64,000 bases of DNA from Octopus sinensis. Taxonomy: Eukaryota. The notes beneath the pieces were generated by a model, which worked only from the letters and a program-made list of their open reading frames with translations, was not told the origin of the DNA and searched no databases. Within the stretch, counting starts at the first letter, position 1; the number at the start of each line of letters is the position of its first letter. The translations under genes and the position numbers were made by a program. The stretch spans positions 78,306,001 to 78,370,000 of the forward strand of contig NC_043001.1 of assembly GCF_006345805.1 (NCBI RefSeq), given 5' to 3'. Below are positions 1 through 12,239 of this stretch, piece by piece.

Positions 1-672
1 TAGAAAAATATCTGACAAACTCCTAAATACATTCTGATAACAATCCTTTATCATCTTGGATTATGTATTTATCTTTCCTCATTTAATTAACGAGAATTTT
101 CGTGAAATCTAAAATTAATGCTTATTACGACTGCAATTATATCATTATTGATTTAAAAAATAATTGATTAAAATATTTCATGTGGTAGTCGATGCAGAAC
201 TATGATTTACACGGGTATGAGAATTCTTTGGTGGAGCCGTTTTGGCGATGCTTATATGGCGTAGCTGATTCGACACTGACGTATTGGACACCAGTAGTTT
301 TCATGTTCTTCTTATTCTCTCACCCTCTCTCTCGCTTTCTCTCTATTTATCTCTCTTTATCTATATGCGTTCGAACATCTGACTATAAATGTATGTAATA
401 TTTCTCTCTACTTACTTGTTTCTCATTCTCTCCTAACGTCCCTCAATCTCTCTGCGTTTATATAATTCTGTGCGGACAAGTCCGTGTGTATCTTCTGTGT
501 CAAAAAGTACTGTCAACACATGTTCAATGTCAGGTCAGCAATACCATAGCTCTAGCATCTGTTCAGCTGCGCATAATGCTTTCATTCTGGTACACAGTGC
601 AGCAAATATCTTTGGGAAAATTTTCCTGCACCATTTTAAATTGCCAAATAATTTAATATTTTTCCACATATA

Positions 673-834
673 GGCGCAGCAGTGGCTGTGTGGTAAGTAG
701 CTTGTTTACCAACCACATGGTTCCGGGTTCAGTCCCGCTGCGTGGCACTTTGAGCAAGCATCTTCTACTATAGCCTCGGGCCGACCAAAGCCTTGTGAGT
801 GGACTTGGTAGACGGAAACTGAAAGAAGCCTGTC

Positions 835-902
<68 letters not shown>

Positions 903-1105
903 CTGTTTGTCCTCCCAACATCGCTTGACAACTGATGCTGGTGCGTTCAAGTCCCCGTAACTTAGTGGTTCGGCAAAAGAGACCGATAGAATAAGTACTA
1001 GGCTTACAAAGTCCTGGGGTCGATTTGTTCGACTAAAGGCAGTGCTCCAGCATAGCCGCAGTCAAATGACTGAAACAAGTAAAAGAATAAAAGAGTAAAG
1101 AGAGT
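673..1105 (+). mobile_element. tRNA-derived SINE, family A, full length with internal (TA)n(TG)n
   Basis: Head GGCGCAGCAGTGGCTGTGTGG (A-box-like) and GGTTCAGTCCC (B-box-like); tail CAGTCAAATGACTGAAACAAGTAAAAGA; homologous copies at 23420, 24301, 47563, 57131 and others. Confidence 0.9.
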
Positions 1106-1124
1106 GAATCTAAACAACTCTAAT

Positions 1125-2022
1125 AATGGTTTCAGATGTGTCAAAAGGAACAGTCAGAAATGTCTACAAAGACATCAGACATAAGTCATATATGATGAGG
1201 AAAGGTCAATTTGTCTGAAAACAACAAAGAAAGTCATTACATTAGATCAAAAAGGCTCTAAAGCAGATCTTAAACAAACTGAAAAATGTAACAGAAGAAG
1301 ATCTGATTTAGTTTTCTTCAACGAGTAGAACATCGACCAAGATCAAAAAGTTAACAGAAAAAATAACAGATAGTTATGTGCAGACCCTTCTGAAGTTCCA
1401 AGTGTTATGCATACAAATTTCCTTCAACTCAACTTGTTTTAGAGTTTTTTCAGCAATGAAAGGACGTGTGATGCCTCCTTACATCCTAACACAAGGCCTT
1501 ACAGTTAACTCAGCCGTCTACATTAAGGTCCTGGAAATAATTGTTAAGCCCTAAATAGACAGTGCATGCAATGGAAGGCCATATGTGTTTCAGTAAGACT
1601 CTGCAATTCTGCACTATCACACATGTCTCTAGTAACACAGGAACGGATGACTGAAAATTTTCATGATCACATAACATTTGGCCTTATACTTCCCCAGATG
1701 TCAATCCATTGGACTATTACATATGGAGCGTTGTTGAGAGAGAGGTCAATGAATACGCCCACAACACCAAAGATTCTTTGAAATCTGCCATTTTCAGAGT
1801 AGTGTCCAAAACGAACCAGGACCACTTGATTCGAGCATATAGATGAATTAGATCTTATATAGAAGCAGTTGTTGAAGCTGAAGGTGGCTTTATTGAATAA
1901 CATTATAGAAGAGAAGGTTTATTTTTTATCGCCATAGCATTTTTTGATAAATAAAGTTATCTGTTATTATATATGTTTTTTTATAAACATAAATCTTCCT
2001 CAAATATCTTACGCACCCTGTA
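1125..2022 (+). mobile_element. Decayed DD37D (maT-like) Tc1/mariner transposon, 3' part with right TIR
   Basis: Frameshifted translation gives KSYMMRKGQF, DQDQKVNRKNN, CADPSEVP, GRPYVFQ*DSA, TQERMTENFHDHIT, SPDVNPLDYYIWSVVERE, IEAVVEAEGGFIE* (stop 1898-1900); ends TTACGCACCCTG followed by TA (2021-2022). Confidence 0.85.
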
Positions 2023-2061
2023 TACATACATACATTCATAGATACATATATATATATATAT

Positions 2062-2121
<60 letters not shown>

Positions 2122-2623
2122 TCAATCACATACACACACACATACACTCAGAAGATAGATTTGCTTCGATTTCGTACAAATTAAAATGTTTTTGAATTGA
2201 CGCTGTTAAAACCTATCTTGTTTCGTTCGGTCATGGATCGCTAGCGCACTTGTAGATAACAATCGAATTTGAATTTCTAAATTTACAGGAGACGAAGCAG
2301 ATTCTATTTCGAAAATACATATCGTTAGGTGTTGATGATATAAATAATAAATCGCTCTCTTGAGAGCAAGCAGTTTTAAAGAGAAACATAATATCTTACA
2401 ATGTTCAGCAGACGAGGTAAATGGATATTATAAGTCAACAAGTGAGAGAAAGAATTGAATACACAAAACTGTTTTCATTGATATGTGTTGCATATGTGTA
2501 TTTGTATTGTCTCCATACAGAAAGGAAGAAAAAACCATCCATCATAATCAAATGATTGCCCTCGCATACATAGACATAAATATACATAACAACAAATCCA
2601 CACACACACACACACACACACGT

Positions 2624-2841
2624 TCTTTTATTCTTTTATTCCTTTACTTGTTTCAGTCATTTGACTGTGGCCATGCTGGAGCACTGCCGTTTATTCGAAG
2701 GTATCGAACGCTGGACTTATTCTTTGTAAGCGTGGTGCTTATTCTATCGGTAACTTATGCCGAACCGCTAAGTGATGGGTACATAAAATCACCAACATCA
2801 GTTGTCAAGCGATTGTGGGGAGGAGACACACACACACACTC
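2624..2841 (-). mobile_element. SINE family A, 3' half
   Basis: Reverse complement of family A tail (CTTGTTTCAGTCATTTGACTGTGGCCATGCTGGAGCAC) up to the internal CA repeat. Confidence 0.85.
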
Positions 2842-2872
2842 ATGTTGACATATAAGTACTTACATATATTCA

Positions 2873-2903
<31 letters not shown>

Positions 2904-2919
2904 TTATCTATCTATCTAA

Positions 2920-2961
<42 letters not shown>

Positions 2962-2970
2962 ATCTATCTT

Positions 2971-3027
<57 letters not shown>

Positions 3028-3028
3028 A

Positions 3029-3105
<77 letters not shown>

Positions 3106-3124
3106 GTCTATCTATATATCTATC
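2873..3124. repeat. (TCTA)n microsatellite, left flank of Tx1 insertion
   Basis: About 250 bp of near-perfect TATC repeats. Confidence 0.97.
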
Positions 3125-4933
3125 GGACGACGTCACCGTCATAGTGTCTAGCCACGAGCACATCGAGCAGGTCGGCGAGACACTGAAAAACTACGAAGCG
3201 GTGACAGGAGCGAAAATCAACCGGGAAAAGTCAGTGGGCTTGCGACTAGGACCTGGAGAAGCAAGCCCATGCCGTCCACCAGCACCTCCGTCGTGGGACG
3301 CTGGACCGACGGCCCGGTTGAGTTGCTCGGGGTCTGGTTTGGTCCGGACCTCCAAGTGGAGAAGAACTGGAACGAGATAACGAGTAGGGTGGTCACTCTC
3401 GCCCGGCAATGGGCCGAGAGGAAATTGTCCCTAAAAGGTCGGGCGGAGGTAGCGAACACGTACATCGCGTCCGTCATCTACTACCGCCTGACCGTCGTAC
3501 CTTTTCCCGACCCTACCATCACCAAACTACAACGCATTCTCTTTCGCTTCTTGTGGAAAGGATGCGTCCCGATGGTCAGGCGATCCATTTGCTGTCAACA
3601 CCCGTTAAAAGGAGGACTGGGCATGCTGTGGTTGTTGATGCGCAGACACGCGCTGAGACTGCGACATCTCCGGCTCTTCGTAGACGGCGGTGAACAGGTG
3701 TGGTCGCCGTTTGTGAGGCACGCTTTCCCACAGCTCGTCTCCATGACCGAACTGCAGTCGTGGATCAAAAAGAGGCCGAGGAAGGGCGTATGGCACCGTG
3801 AGTGTCGCGTTGCTCTCAAGCAACTCTGCCGTCCTGGGTCGACCTTGAGTGACTTCAACACAACCAAAGCATTCTATAGGGGATTAGTGGAGGGGAGGTA
3901 CGACGACGAGCTCGGGGCGAACCTGGACGTCGACGAGGAGTACCTGACCCGCCTGTTCAGGACGACTTTCGGGCCAGGGCCCATGGACAACTTCCAGAGA
4001 TCCTGGCCTGGCGTGCTACCGAGAAGCGCTACCCGTTCGGGATAAGCTCTACAGACACGGCTCGAGAAACACGGGGCCGACCTGCCCGAGATGCGGTCAG
4101 AGCGACGAAACCGTTCTGCACGCACTCGTGCAGTGTCCAACAATTTCCGACCTATGGGCTTATGTCGAACAACTGCTGTCACGTGTGGGACGAGTCGGTC
4201 TATCAGCTGAGTTTATCGTCAATATTGTCACGCCTCCTTCCTTCAAACGGGAAGGAAGAGCTATTTTCATCATCCTTGTGGCTATGGCGAAAGAATGTAT
4301 CTGGTGGACGCGTCTGAAAGGATTGGAGACAAACACTTTCCTCTCTGGTCAATCTCTCATCAACTTCTTCAAGTACCACTTGAAAAGTAAAGTGAGAGTA
4401 GAGAGGCAAGTTTTGTCTAGCAAATGTTTAAAAAAAAAGATGGGTGAATGTAGCAAGGATGGCACGTATGAATGACGAAGCCACCTTGAGCATAATCCTA
4501 TGAACCCAGAAATTGAAAACAGAGGGTTACCCACTTGCAAACAAATGTGGTAACATATAACAATATTGACCAAGGTTATCGTGGTCTTTTTCGTAGGCGG
4601 ATAAATCTTACTTGCCTTCCCCTTTACACCATATATCATAACACTGTGATACACGATCCCTATTGATCGTTTTTTTCCCTCTTCCTCTTTTTTACCCCTT
4701 TTTTCTTCTTTCTTCATTTCTCTTTTCTTTTGTTCCTTTTCCTTTTTTTTATTCTTTTTATTTTTTATTTTATTTATTTATTTTTTTGTTCTTTTCTTCC
4801 CTTTTACGATCCCTCTTGATCGAAAACCTACGCCACCCATTTTTTTTCTTTTGTTTTTTCATCCCCCAAAAGTAAAGCTCTACCTTGTAACTTGTCCCAT
4901 CTGTGTGCAGCCCTGTGTGGCCAATTAAGAAAC

Positions 4934-4934
<1 letters not shown>
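3125..4934 (+). mobile_element. 5'-truncated Tx1/L1-clade non-LTR retrotransposon (ORF2 C-terminal half plus 3' UTR)
   Basis: Begins at RT motif (A)DDVTVIVSS; KINREKS, LLGVWFG, KLSLKGRAEVAN, GGLG, zinc knuckle CPRCGQSDETVLHALVQC; a few frameshifts, stop TGA 4501-4503; T-rich 3' UTR ending CCAATTAAGAAAC; GC-rich versus flanks. Confidence 0.92.
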
Positions 4935-5200
<266 letters not shown>

Positions 5201-6057
5201 TAAATTATTAGAGAGTTATCCTCTATGTGGATAACTCTAGTGCTAAAAATAGCTCCGAAGCAACCACAGAAGATCTGTTTCCAACTAGAATCAACATACA
5301 TTTAACGGAAGGAAAGTGAAATACAACGAATAAAATAGATTGACTCTATACAATTGTTTCATTACTAATGTAATATGTAGTTTTACTTACACTTACATCT
5401 ATAAATCTTCGGTAGAGTTTGTCAGAAATGCAATTAATTAGATCGATTCGAGCGTCAAAAACACGAGCGGTCCAACCAATTACATTTTTAGTTATGTCTC
5501 AAATTCCGTGTGTTAAATTAATGGTATTATTAAATTAATATTGATTTTTCACCCTCATTTATAATTTTATAAATTTAACTATGCGGCAGTTAATATTTTA
5601 TTTGATGCGGCATACGTTTCCAATGGAGTCTAGGCATGCTTTTGGCGCGGAATTTGAGACATAACTAAAAAATGTAATTGGTTGGACCGCTCGTGTTTTT
5701 GACGCTCGAATCGATCTAATAATTGCATTTCTGACAAACTCTACCGAAGATTTATAGATGTAAGTGTAAGTAACAACTACATATTACATTAGTAATGAAA
5801 CAATTGTATAGAGTCAATCTATTTTATTCGTTGTATTTCACTTTCCTTCCGTTAATGTATGTTGATTCTAGTTGGAAACAGATCTTCTGTGGTTGCTTCG
5901 GAGCTATTTTTAGCACTAGAGTTATCCACATAGTGGATAACTCTCTAATAATTTATGTATAAATTTGTATTTTCCCGTAGTTTTTTGTGCTAAGCCACTT
6001 GGTGTTAAATTAATGGTATTATTAAATTAATATTGATTTTTCACCCTCATTTATAAT
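5201..6057. repeat. Fold-back element: about 310-bp inverted arms (5201-5508, 5648-5955) plus a 57-bp direct repeat (about 5509-5565, 6002-6057), within (TA)n
   Basis: Arms are reverse complements differing mostly by 1-bp indels; GTGTTAAATTAATGGTATTATTAAATTAATATTGATTTTTCACCCTCATTTATAAT occurs twice. Confidence 0.9.
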
Positions 6058-6084
6058 ATTTATATATATATATATATATATATC

Positions 6085-6560
6085 CAGACCCTGCGATTAC
6101 TATTTATTCCAAAAAGCTCGATTTTTGTCTCATCAGACCAAAGTACTCTCTTCTAATTATCTTAAGAGTCATTTAGGTGATCACTAGCAAATTTTAATCG
6201 AGCTTAATGTGGGCTTTCCTTAGCAGAGGGACTTTTCGAGTACTGCATGATTTTAAGCCGGCTCGGTGGAGTGTTTCCAATTTGTTTTTGGTGATTGATG
6301 TTCCTGCAGCTAGGAGGTAATTCAGAAGCTCTTCTAGAGAGTGGTTCGGACGGTACTTAATAAATGTGTGTTGCACGAGGGGATGTTTGACAGGGAGCTC
6401 CAAATCGAGGACGATTCATAGTGATCTATCTGTTTTCCATTTAGCATCTAAAGTTGTTAACTTCTCTTCAGTTATTGACTTATCTTCCGATAGCCAAATT
6501 CCAGCTTTGTGCAGTTTATGATATGGTCTCTACGATCTTTAGACAACTCTTTGGTGATGA
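6085..6560 (-). mobile_element. Tc1-type transposase relic
   Basis: Minus strand gives LHRAGLKSCSTRKVPLLRKAHIK and KRVLWSDETKIELF (first catalytic D of Tc1 DDE). Confidence 0.8.
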
Positions 6561-6871
6561 TGAAGGTAATTGATTTAATTTGTTAAATACTCTGAAAGAA
6601 ATAAAATTGTTTTAAATACAGTATATAATTAGATTTGTTAAATTAGATTTCATCTAATATATTGATATTGTATATTTACTTTGAATAAATATTGGTGTAT
6701 TTTGTCAAATTGCACTCTTGTCAATGTATCAAATACTTATTTCTCATAGCACTTGTCAAAAATCGTGTGTATGCTAAGGTATATTATTTTACCTGTTATT
6801 TAGGTTGAATATAACTGAAATGTGTGGAAAAGTGTACTGCTATAAATTTATATATTAGAAATTAATATATA

Positions 6872-6903
<32 letters not shown>

Positions 6904-7218
6904 GATTATATATATATATAATATATATATGGTTATAAGGGGCATTGATGTCAGTAACACCCAAAGTTGTCAAGTAATTATGAGTAAGTGCTATGGATAG
7001 ACCATAGTTAAGCTCCAGGGCCGGTTTGGTGATTATGCTAATAAGGAGTCCAACGTAGGTCTTAGCATGTGGATATATATATATATATATATAGATATAT
7101 ATTATAATATAATACAAGTATATATATATATATATATATAATTATATATATATATATAATATATATATATATAATTATATATATATGTATATATAATATA
7201 AGCATGTTTATATATATA

Positions 7219-7261
<43 letters not shown>

Positions 7262-7499
7262 TTATATATATCAGCATGTGTATATAAAAAAAGAAGCCTT
7301 GATTCAATGCACTGTGTACAAACTCTATACTTGGAATGACTAATTTAAATACTATTGGATTTTACTCGCAAGACTTGGAACCTTATATGTATACAATTCT
7401 GTCTAAATAATGGATCTAAGATGCAAATACCTGCATATCTCACATTCTTTTTCATTCTTCACTTCACTCTCTATTCGTATCTTATCTAAATTACAATTG

Positions 7500-7640
7500 A
7501 TTTACACCATTTTCCACACCGTCACCGATGAAGGGATATAATGATATCATGGAAAACGGTTAAGACCTTCTGTTAATAAATGTTCTAAAATTTCACAGCC
7601 TTGGTCTCTTTTTATCTCATTCTGAAAAAAAGGAAATTCA
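7500..7640 (+). mobile_element. Probable Penelope pLTR fragment with degenerate hammerhead-like motif (about 7521-7567)
   Basis: GTCA CCGATGA AGGGATAT AATG ATATCATG GAA AACGGT; ends in (TA)n. Confidence 0.4.
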
Positions 7641-7677
7641 TATATATATATATATATATAATGTATATATATATATA

Positions 7678-7785
7678 TGGAGGGCTTTCAGTATCTGTCT
7701 ACCAATTCATTCACAAGGCTTTCATAGATTTTTGATTCAGGTCTATAGTAGAAGCCACTTATTCAAGATGCCAAGAACCTTGTCG
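7678..7785 (-). mobile_element. SINE family A, 5' fragment
   Basis: Reverse complement of family A body (CTACCAATTCATTCACAAGGCTTT...CTATAGTAGAAGCCACTT). Confidence 0.65.
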
Positions 7786-7787
7786 CA

Positions 7788-7857
<70 letters not shown>

Positions 7858-7859
7858 AA

Positions 7860-8527
7860 CATTTCTATAATTATAAGCATAATAATAATTAGGGTTCAGC
7901 AAAATTGCTTCATCACATACCGAAATTTAGAAATAGCCGTTAAATACTATTCCACAACCATAAGATACTATTTTTACTCACTTATTTCCGTCTTCAGTAT
8001 AGTATTCAATTCTAAATTTCAGAGTACTAATAATTAAAATGTGTATTCGACTAAGCGTCATCGAATAGCTTTACATCCAAAAAACAGTACATCCGAATTT
8101 ATATAGACGAGTGAGAACTCGCATACTTCAGCAATTACCCACGTGTGCTACGAGTAATTATTACTCTTAAATTTATAATTGAAATACTATACTGAAAACG
8201 GAAATAAGTGTCTAAAATTATTTTACATCTCTTTAATCTAGAAACGCGTATATAGTTGATCAAAGCCGGGTGGATTCGTTATTTTTTTCTGTTTTGCCTG
8301 CGTGAGGCGGAGAGCATTGCTGTCTGAGGATATCTTATGTGAGTGGAATAGTATTTAACTGCTATTTCTAAATTTCGGTATGTGGTGAAGCAATTTTGCT
8401 GAACCCTAATTATAATTATGCTTATAATTATAAAATTTTTGTATACATTTACCCGATAATGGTTCTTTTAACATACCGAAATACTTGGTAAAATTATTAA
8501 TTATTAATTGATTAATTAATTCACCCT

Positions 8528-8530
<3 letters not shown>
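7860..8530. mobile_element. Fold-back Penelope-like pLTR element in (TA)n
   Basis: Outer inverted arms 7867-7967 and 8331-8431; inner inverted pair about 7980-8010 and 8177-8210; contains hammerhead motif 8186-8256; (TA)n on both sides. Confidence 0.7.
8186..8256 (+). ncRNA. Type I hammerhead-like motif (G8A, weak stem II)
   Basis: ACTATA CTGAAAA CGG...CTA GAA ACGCGT A TATAGT: 6-bp stem I, palindromic stem III; the inverted copy at 7991-7997 keeps CTGAAGA. Confidence 0.6.
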
Positions 8531-8571
<41 letters not shown>

Positions 8572-9533
8572 TGTGTGTGTGGTGTGTGTGTGTGTTGGTG
8601 TGTGTATATCTATTATCTATCTATCTATATATATAAGTCCCTCACATACTGAACACACGCACACCCTATATAAATGCAGTTTTGCCCTTTATGAACCAGA
8701 ATGTAATTAGTTCAAATAAATTTTGTAGAGTAATGTGAATATATTTATGAGCAGTCACCCCTACGAATAAGCTCAGTCCATTTAAGCAGTGTAAGTGATA
8801 ATGACTTTAGAAGCCACGTCATCAAGGGACGTAAGTTCAAGAGGTACGGTGTACGTTAAAGTACAAGCTTAGTTTGCACCGTGTAACCCAGAATAGAAAT
8901 TTATGTCGGTGGCTCTCAACAATGGATGGCACGTGTATGTTTAGTTGTTGATACAGACCTACATCATGGAATGTGTACACTCCATAGTAGGATGTATCAG
9001 ACTTTCTTTCTTTCTTTCTTTCCCATTTATCTATATCATCACTGGCATTCTTCTACATATCTTCCTCTATCTCCGACATATCCGATCTTCCCTATATGTA
9101 CTCTGCTCAGCATTGTATTTTCAATCCCTTTATTTATTTGCTTTCCTTTGTGTCTATCTTACCGCAGCATTACTTCACACCCTCTTTCAGTCTTCTCTTT
9201 ACTCTTTACCATTTTCTCTTTACCATTCCTCTCCTGACTACGTCTCTCTCTCCCTCTCTCTTTGTTACCAGCAAGCAGACAATTATATTCTCTAGCATAT
9301 ACTTCCAGACTTTACTCTCTATCATTGTTTTGTTGTCGAATTGTCTGTAAGTCGCTATCTCAACTCCCCTTCATACACAAGCATCGTGTAATTTTCTCCC
9401 TCATAAACCAATACATAGATAAAAATATACACATACAGCTACACATTTCAGTTTCCAATGTCTCTATGTTTATCTTTCGCTCCGTTATACATACATAAAC
9501 ACACACACACGCACACACATATATATGTATTAT

Positions 9534-9577
<44 letters not shown>

Positions 9578-9849
9578 TATATATATTATATATATATACA
9601 CACTGTCTATTTATCTATCTGTCAGATTTTCTATAATTTCTTCCTTTATTTACCCGTATTTGCTCCATTCTCTCTCTTTCTCTCTGACTATATATATTCA
9701 TGTATTTACGTATGTATGTATATATACACATATACATATATTTGTTTAAATATATATATGTGTGTGTTTATGTATATATATATATATATATGTACGTATG
9801 CATGTATTTATGTATGTGTGTATATAGGCATGTCGAAACATTGACCCTC

Positions 9850-10034
9850 CAAATTCTCTTTCTTCCTCCGATTTCTCTTTTCATTCTCTCTCCGTTTATT
9901 CCCTTTTAATCCTTTCTGTTGAAGAGCGTAGGCTCGAAACGTAACAGACTTTTCCATTCTTCTCGAGCGTTAAACTAACACACCTGGTGGTTTTTTGCTA
10001 CAACTGTCTTCGTCTTTTGTTTTCTGTAAATTTG

Positions 10035-10046
<12 letters not shown>
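9850..10046 (+). mobile_element. PLE-like repeat with degenerate hammerhead-like motif (9912-9947); related copies near 11944 and 59255
   Basis: CTTT CTGTTGA A GAGC GTAG GCTC GAA ACGT A ACAG, followed by pyrimidine-rich tail and (TA)n. Confidence 0.5.
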
Positions 10047-10079
<33 letters not shown>

Positions 10080-10679
10080 CCCGCATAACGTGCGGCATTT
10101 ATGTGTATGAATGCTCTTAATATATATATATATATATACACATTTGTATGCATATAGATATATGTGTGTATATATACACACACTCATATGTAGACTACAG
10201 TACCAGCTTCCATTGTATCCACATCTTTCTCATCTAAATTCTTCCACATCCATCGATTATCCCCCATCTCCCCAATATCTCTCTTTTTCTTACTCAGTCA
10301 ATCTCTCCCACACACATACTTTCTCTCCTCTTCCTTTTTTCTCTTTCAACCAAATCTTTTATAATTGTTTTCTTCCACGAATCTCCATTCTCCTAACAGC
10401 AAAGAACACAAGAACGCAAATTCTACACCACTCCAGAAACATAAAAAGAAAAAAAAAATTAAACGATTCCTATTAGAGTAATTTTGTTTGCAAATCAATC
10501 TCTGTGAAATTCAAAGAATAAACTAAGAACAAACGTAACCGACAGTCTTACATTTTTGAAGAGAAACAAGAACACGGGACGAGAAATAAATGTTTTAATC
10601 AAATATTCTCCAAGCACAACACCAAAATGCGTTTATTCATATATTCATGTTGTGTACTTGTTCTGGTGAAGTTGATAGC

Positions 10680-10935
10680 ATTTCTCCTTTCTTTCTCTCG
10701 TTCTTTCTTTCTTTCTTTCTTTCTCCCTTCCTTTCTTTCTTTCTTCCTTTCTTCCTTCCTTCCTTTCTTTCTTTCTGTCTTTCTCTCTATCTCGTCCTTT
10801 CTTTCTCTCTCTCTTTCGTTCATTCTCTTCCTCTCTCTCTTTCTTTCTCTCTCTCTCTTTCTTTCTCTCTTTCTTTCTTTCTTTCTTTCTCTCTCTCTTT
10901 CTTTTATCTTTTCTTTCTTTCTCTTTCGTTCATTC
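10680..10935. repeat. Polypyrimidine (CTTT)n/(CT)n tract
   Basis: About 250 bp almost entirely C/T on the + strand. Confidence 0.9.
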
Positions 10936-10976
10936 TTATTTCTAAATGTATATGTAATTTCTCCTTATAATTATGT

Positions 10977-11030
<54 letters not shown>

Positions 11031-11124
11031 CATACATATTTATTTATATATATATATATATGTATATACATATATATATGTATATTTATTATCTATATAT
11101 ACATATATCTATATGTATATACTT

Positions 11125-11190
<66 letters not shown>

Positions 11191-11275
11191 TCCTGTGTGC
11201 TTCAACACAAATCTACACATACATATATACTGTGTATATTATTCGTTATATTCATCTTTTATATTTGCTCAACTA

Positions 11276-11459
11276 CCGTATTTTAACGTGTATAAGGAAC
11301 CTTCCTTCTCAAAAATTAGGTTTAAAAAGTATGGTAATTTTTTATGCACCGATTCTATTACAATCCCTTACAATACCTCTCTTCCAAATTTTATGCTCCC
11401 CCAAATTAGTGGGGAAGGTGCGTAATACTCGAGGGTTCCTTATACACGTTAAAATACAG
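11276..11459. mobile_element. MITE with 26-bp TIRs and TA TSD (Tc1/mariner superfamily, Tc2-like ends)
   Basis: TA|CCGTATTTTAACGTGTATAAGGAACC ... GGTTCCTTATACACGTTAAAATACAG|TA, 1 mismatch. Confidence 0.85.
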
Positions 11460-11943
11460 TATATAGTTTAACAATTTCGTTTAATACACTTTTGGTGTTG
11501 GTATCAGGGAGGAAAGCGCTCGTAATTATTTTCGCCATTATAATCATTACATTCAAACTCATTTCTATAAGAAATTCATACAGCTTGCTTCTATTTGATC
11601 ACAGTCACACACACACAATCACACTCAGATACACATGTGCACACACCACGTGGAAATGCACACATTAGCTTCTTTAGAAAACACACACACTGACATACAC
11701 GTCAAACTCATCTGCCCCCATTCATACATATATATTTTCATATACTCACCAACACCATTGTCACATGCACATCCTTCGGCACCTCCTCTTCCTGAGATAA
11801 CCATGAATTATCTCCCCTTCATTCAACATCTATTTATTATTAACTCATTTTTTATTCAGCCTCTTTTTGTTTCCAATCAGTCGCCATGTTGGAACATTGA
11901 TCTCAACGCGATTTTTTTCATTATCTCTCAATTTCCTTTTACT

Positions 11944-12060
11944 CCTTTCTGTCGAAGAGTGTATGCATGAAGCGTAAATGATTTTTACCTGAGTCTCAAA
12001 CAAATGCACGTACTTATTCTTCCTACACTTTTCCTCGTCTTTGCACTTCTATAAATCTGG
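11944..12060 (+). mobile_element. Degenerate copy of the 9850-10046 repeat
   Basis: CCTTTCTGTCGAAGAGTGTATGCATGAAGCGTAAA aligns with the 9911-9945 motif; similar downstream tail. Confidence 0.45.
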
Positions 12061-12239
12061 ACTATGTATGTATACACACAAACACACACCCATACACACA
12101 CACATACACATAAATATATAGTCTATGAGGATGATACTAATCTTTTGGGGGAAGAATTTTTCTCCAGCGTGTGAGCGCTTTCGTTAAATATCTTCAATCA
12201 CACGTGCTCTTAAAGAGGAAGTTGTTATTTTTGTGGTAG

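Noticed and set aside
653-950. Recurrent peptide PRSGTEPGTMWLVSKLLTTQPLLR (also near 23313 and 56964)
   Set aside because: It is the antisense reading of the SINE A head, not a gene family.
6124-6140. CTGATGA on the minus strand
   Set aside because: Part of the Tc1 WSDETK codons; no hammerhead stems.
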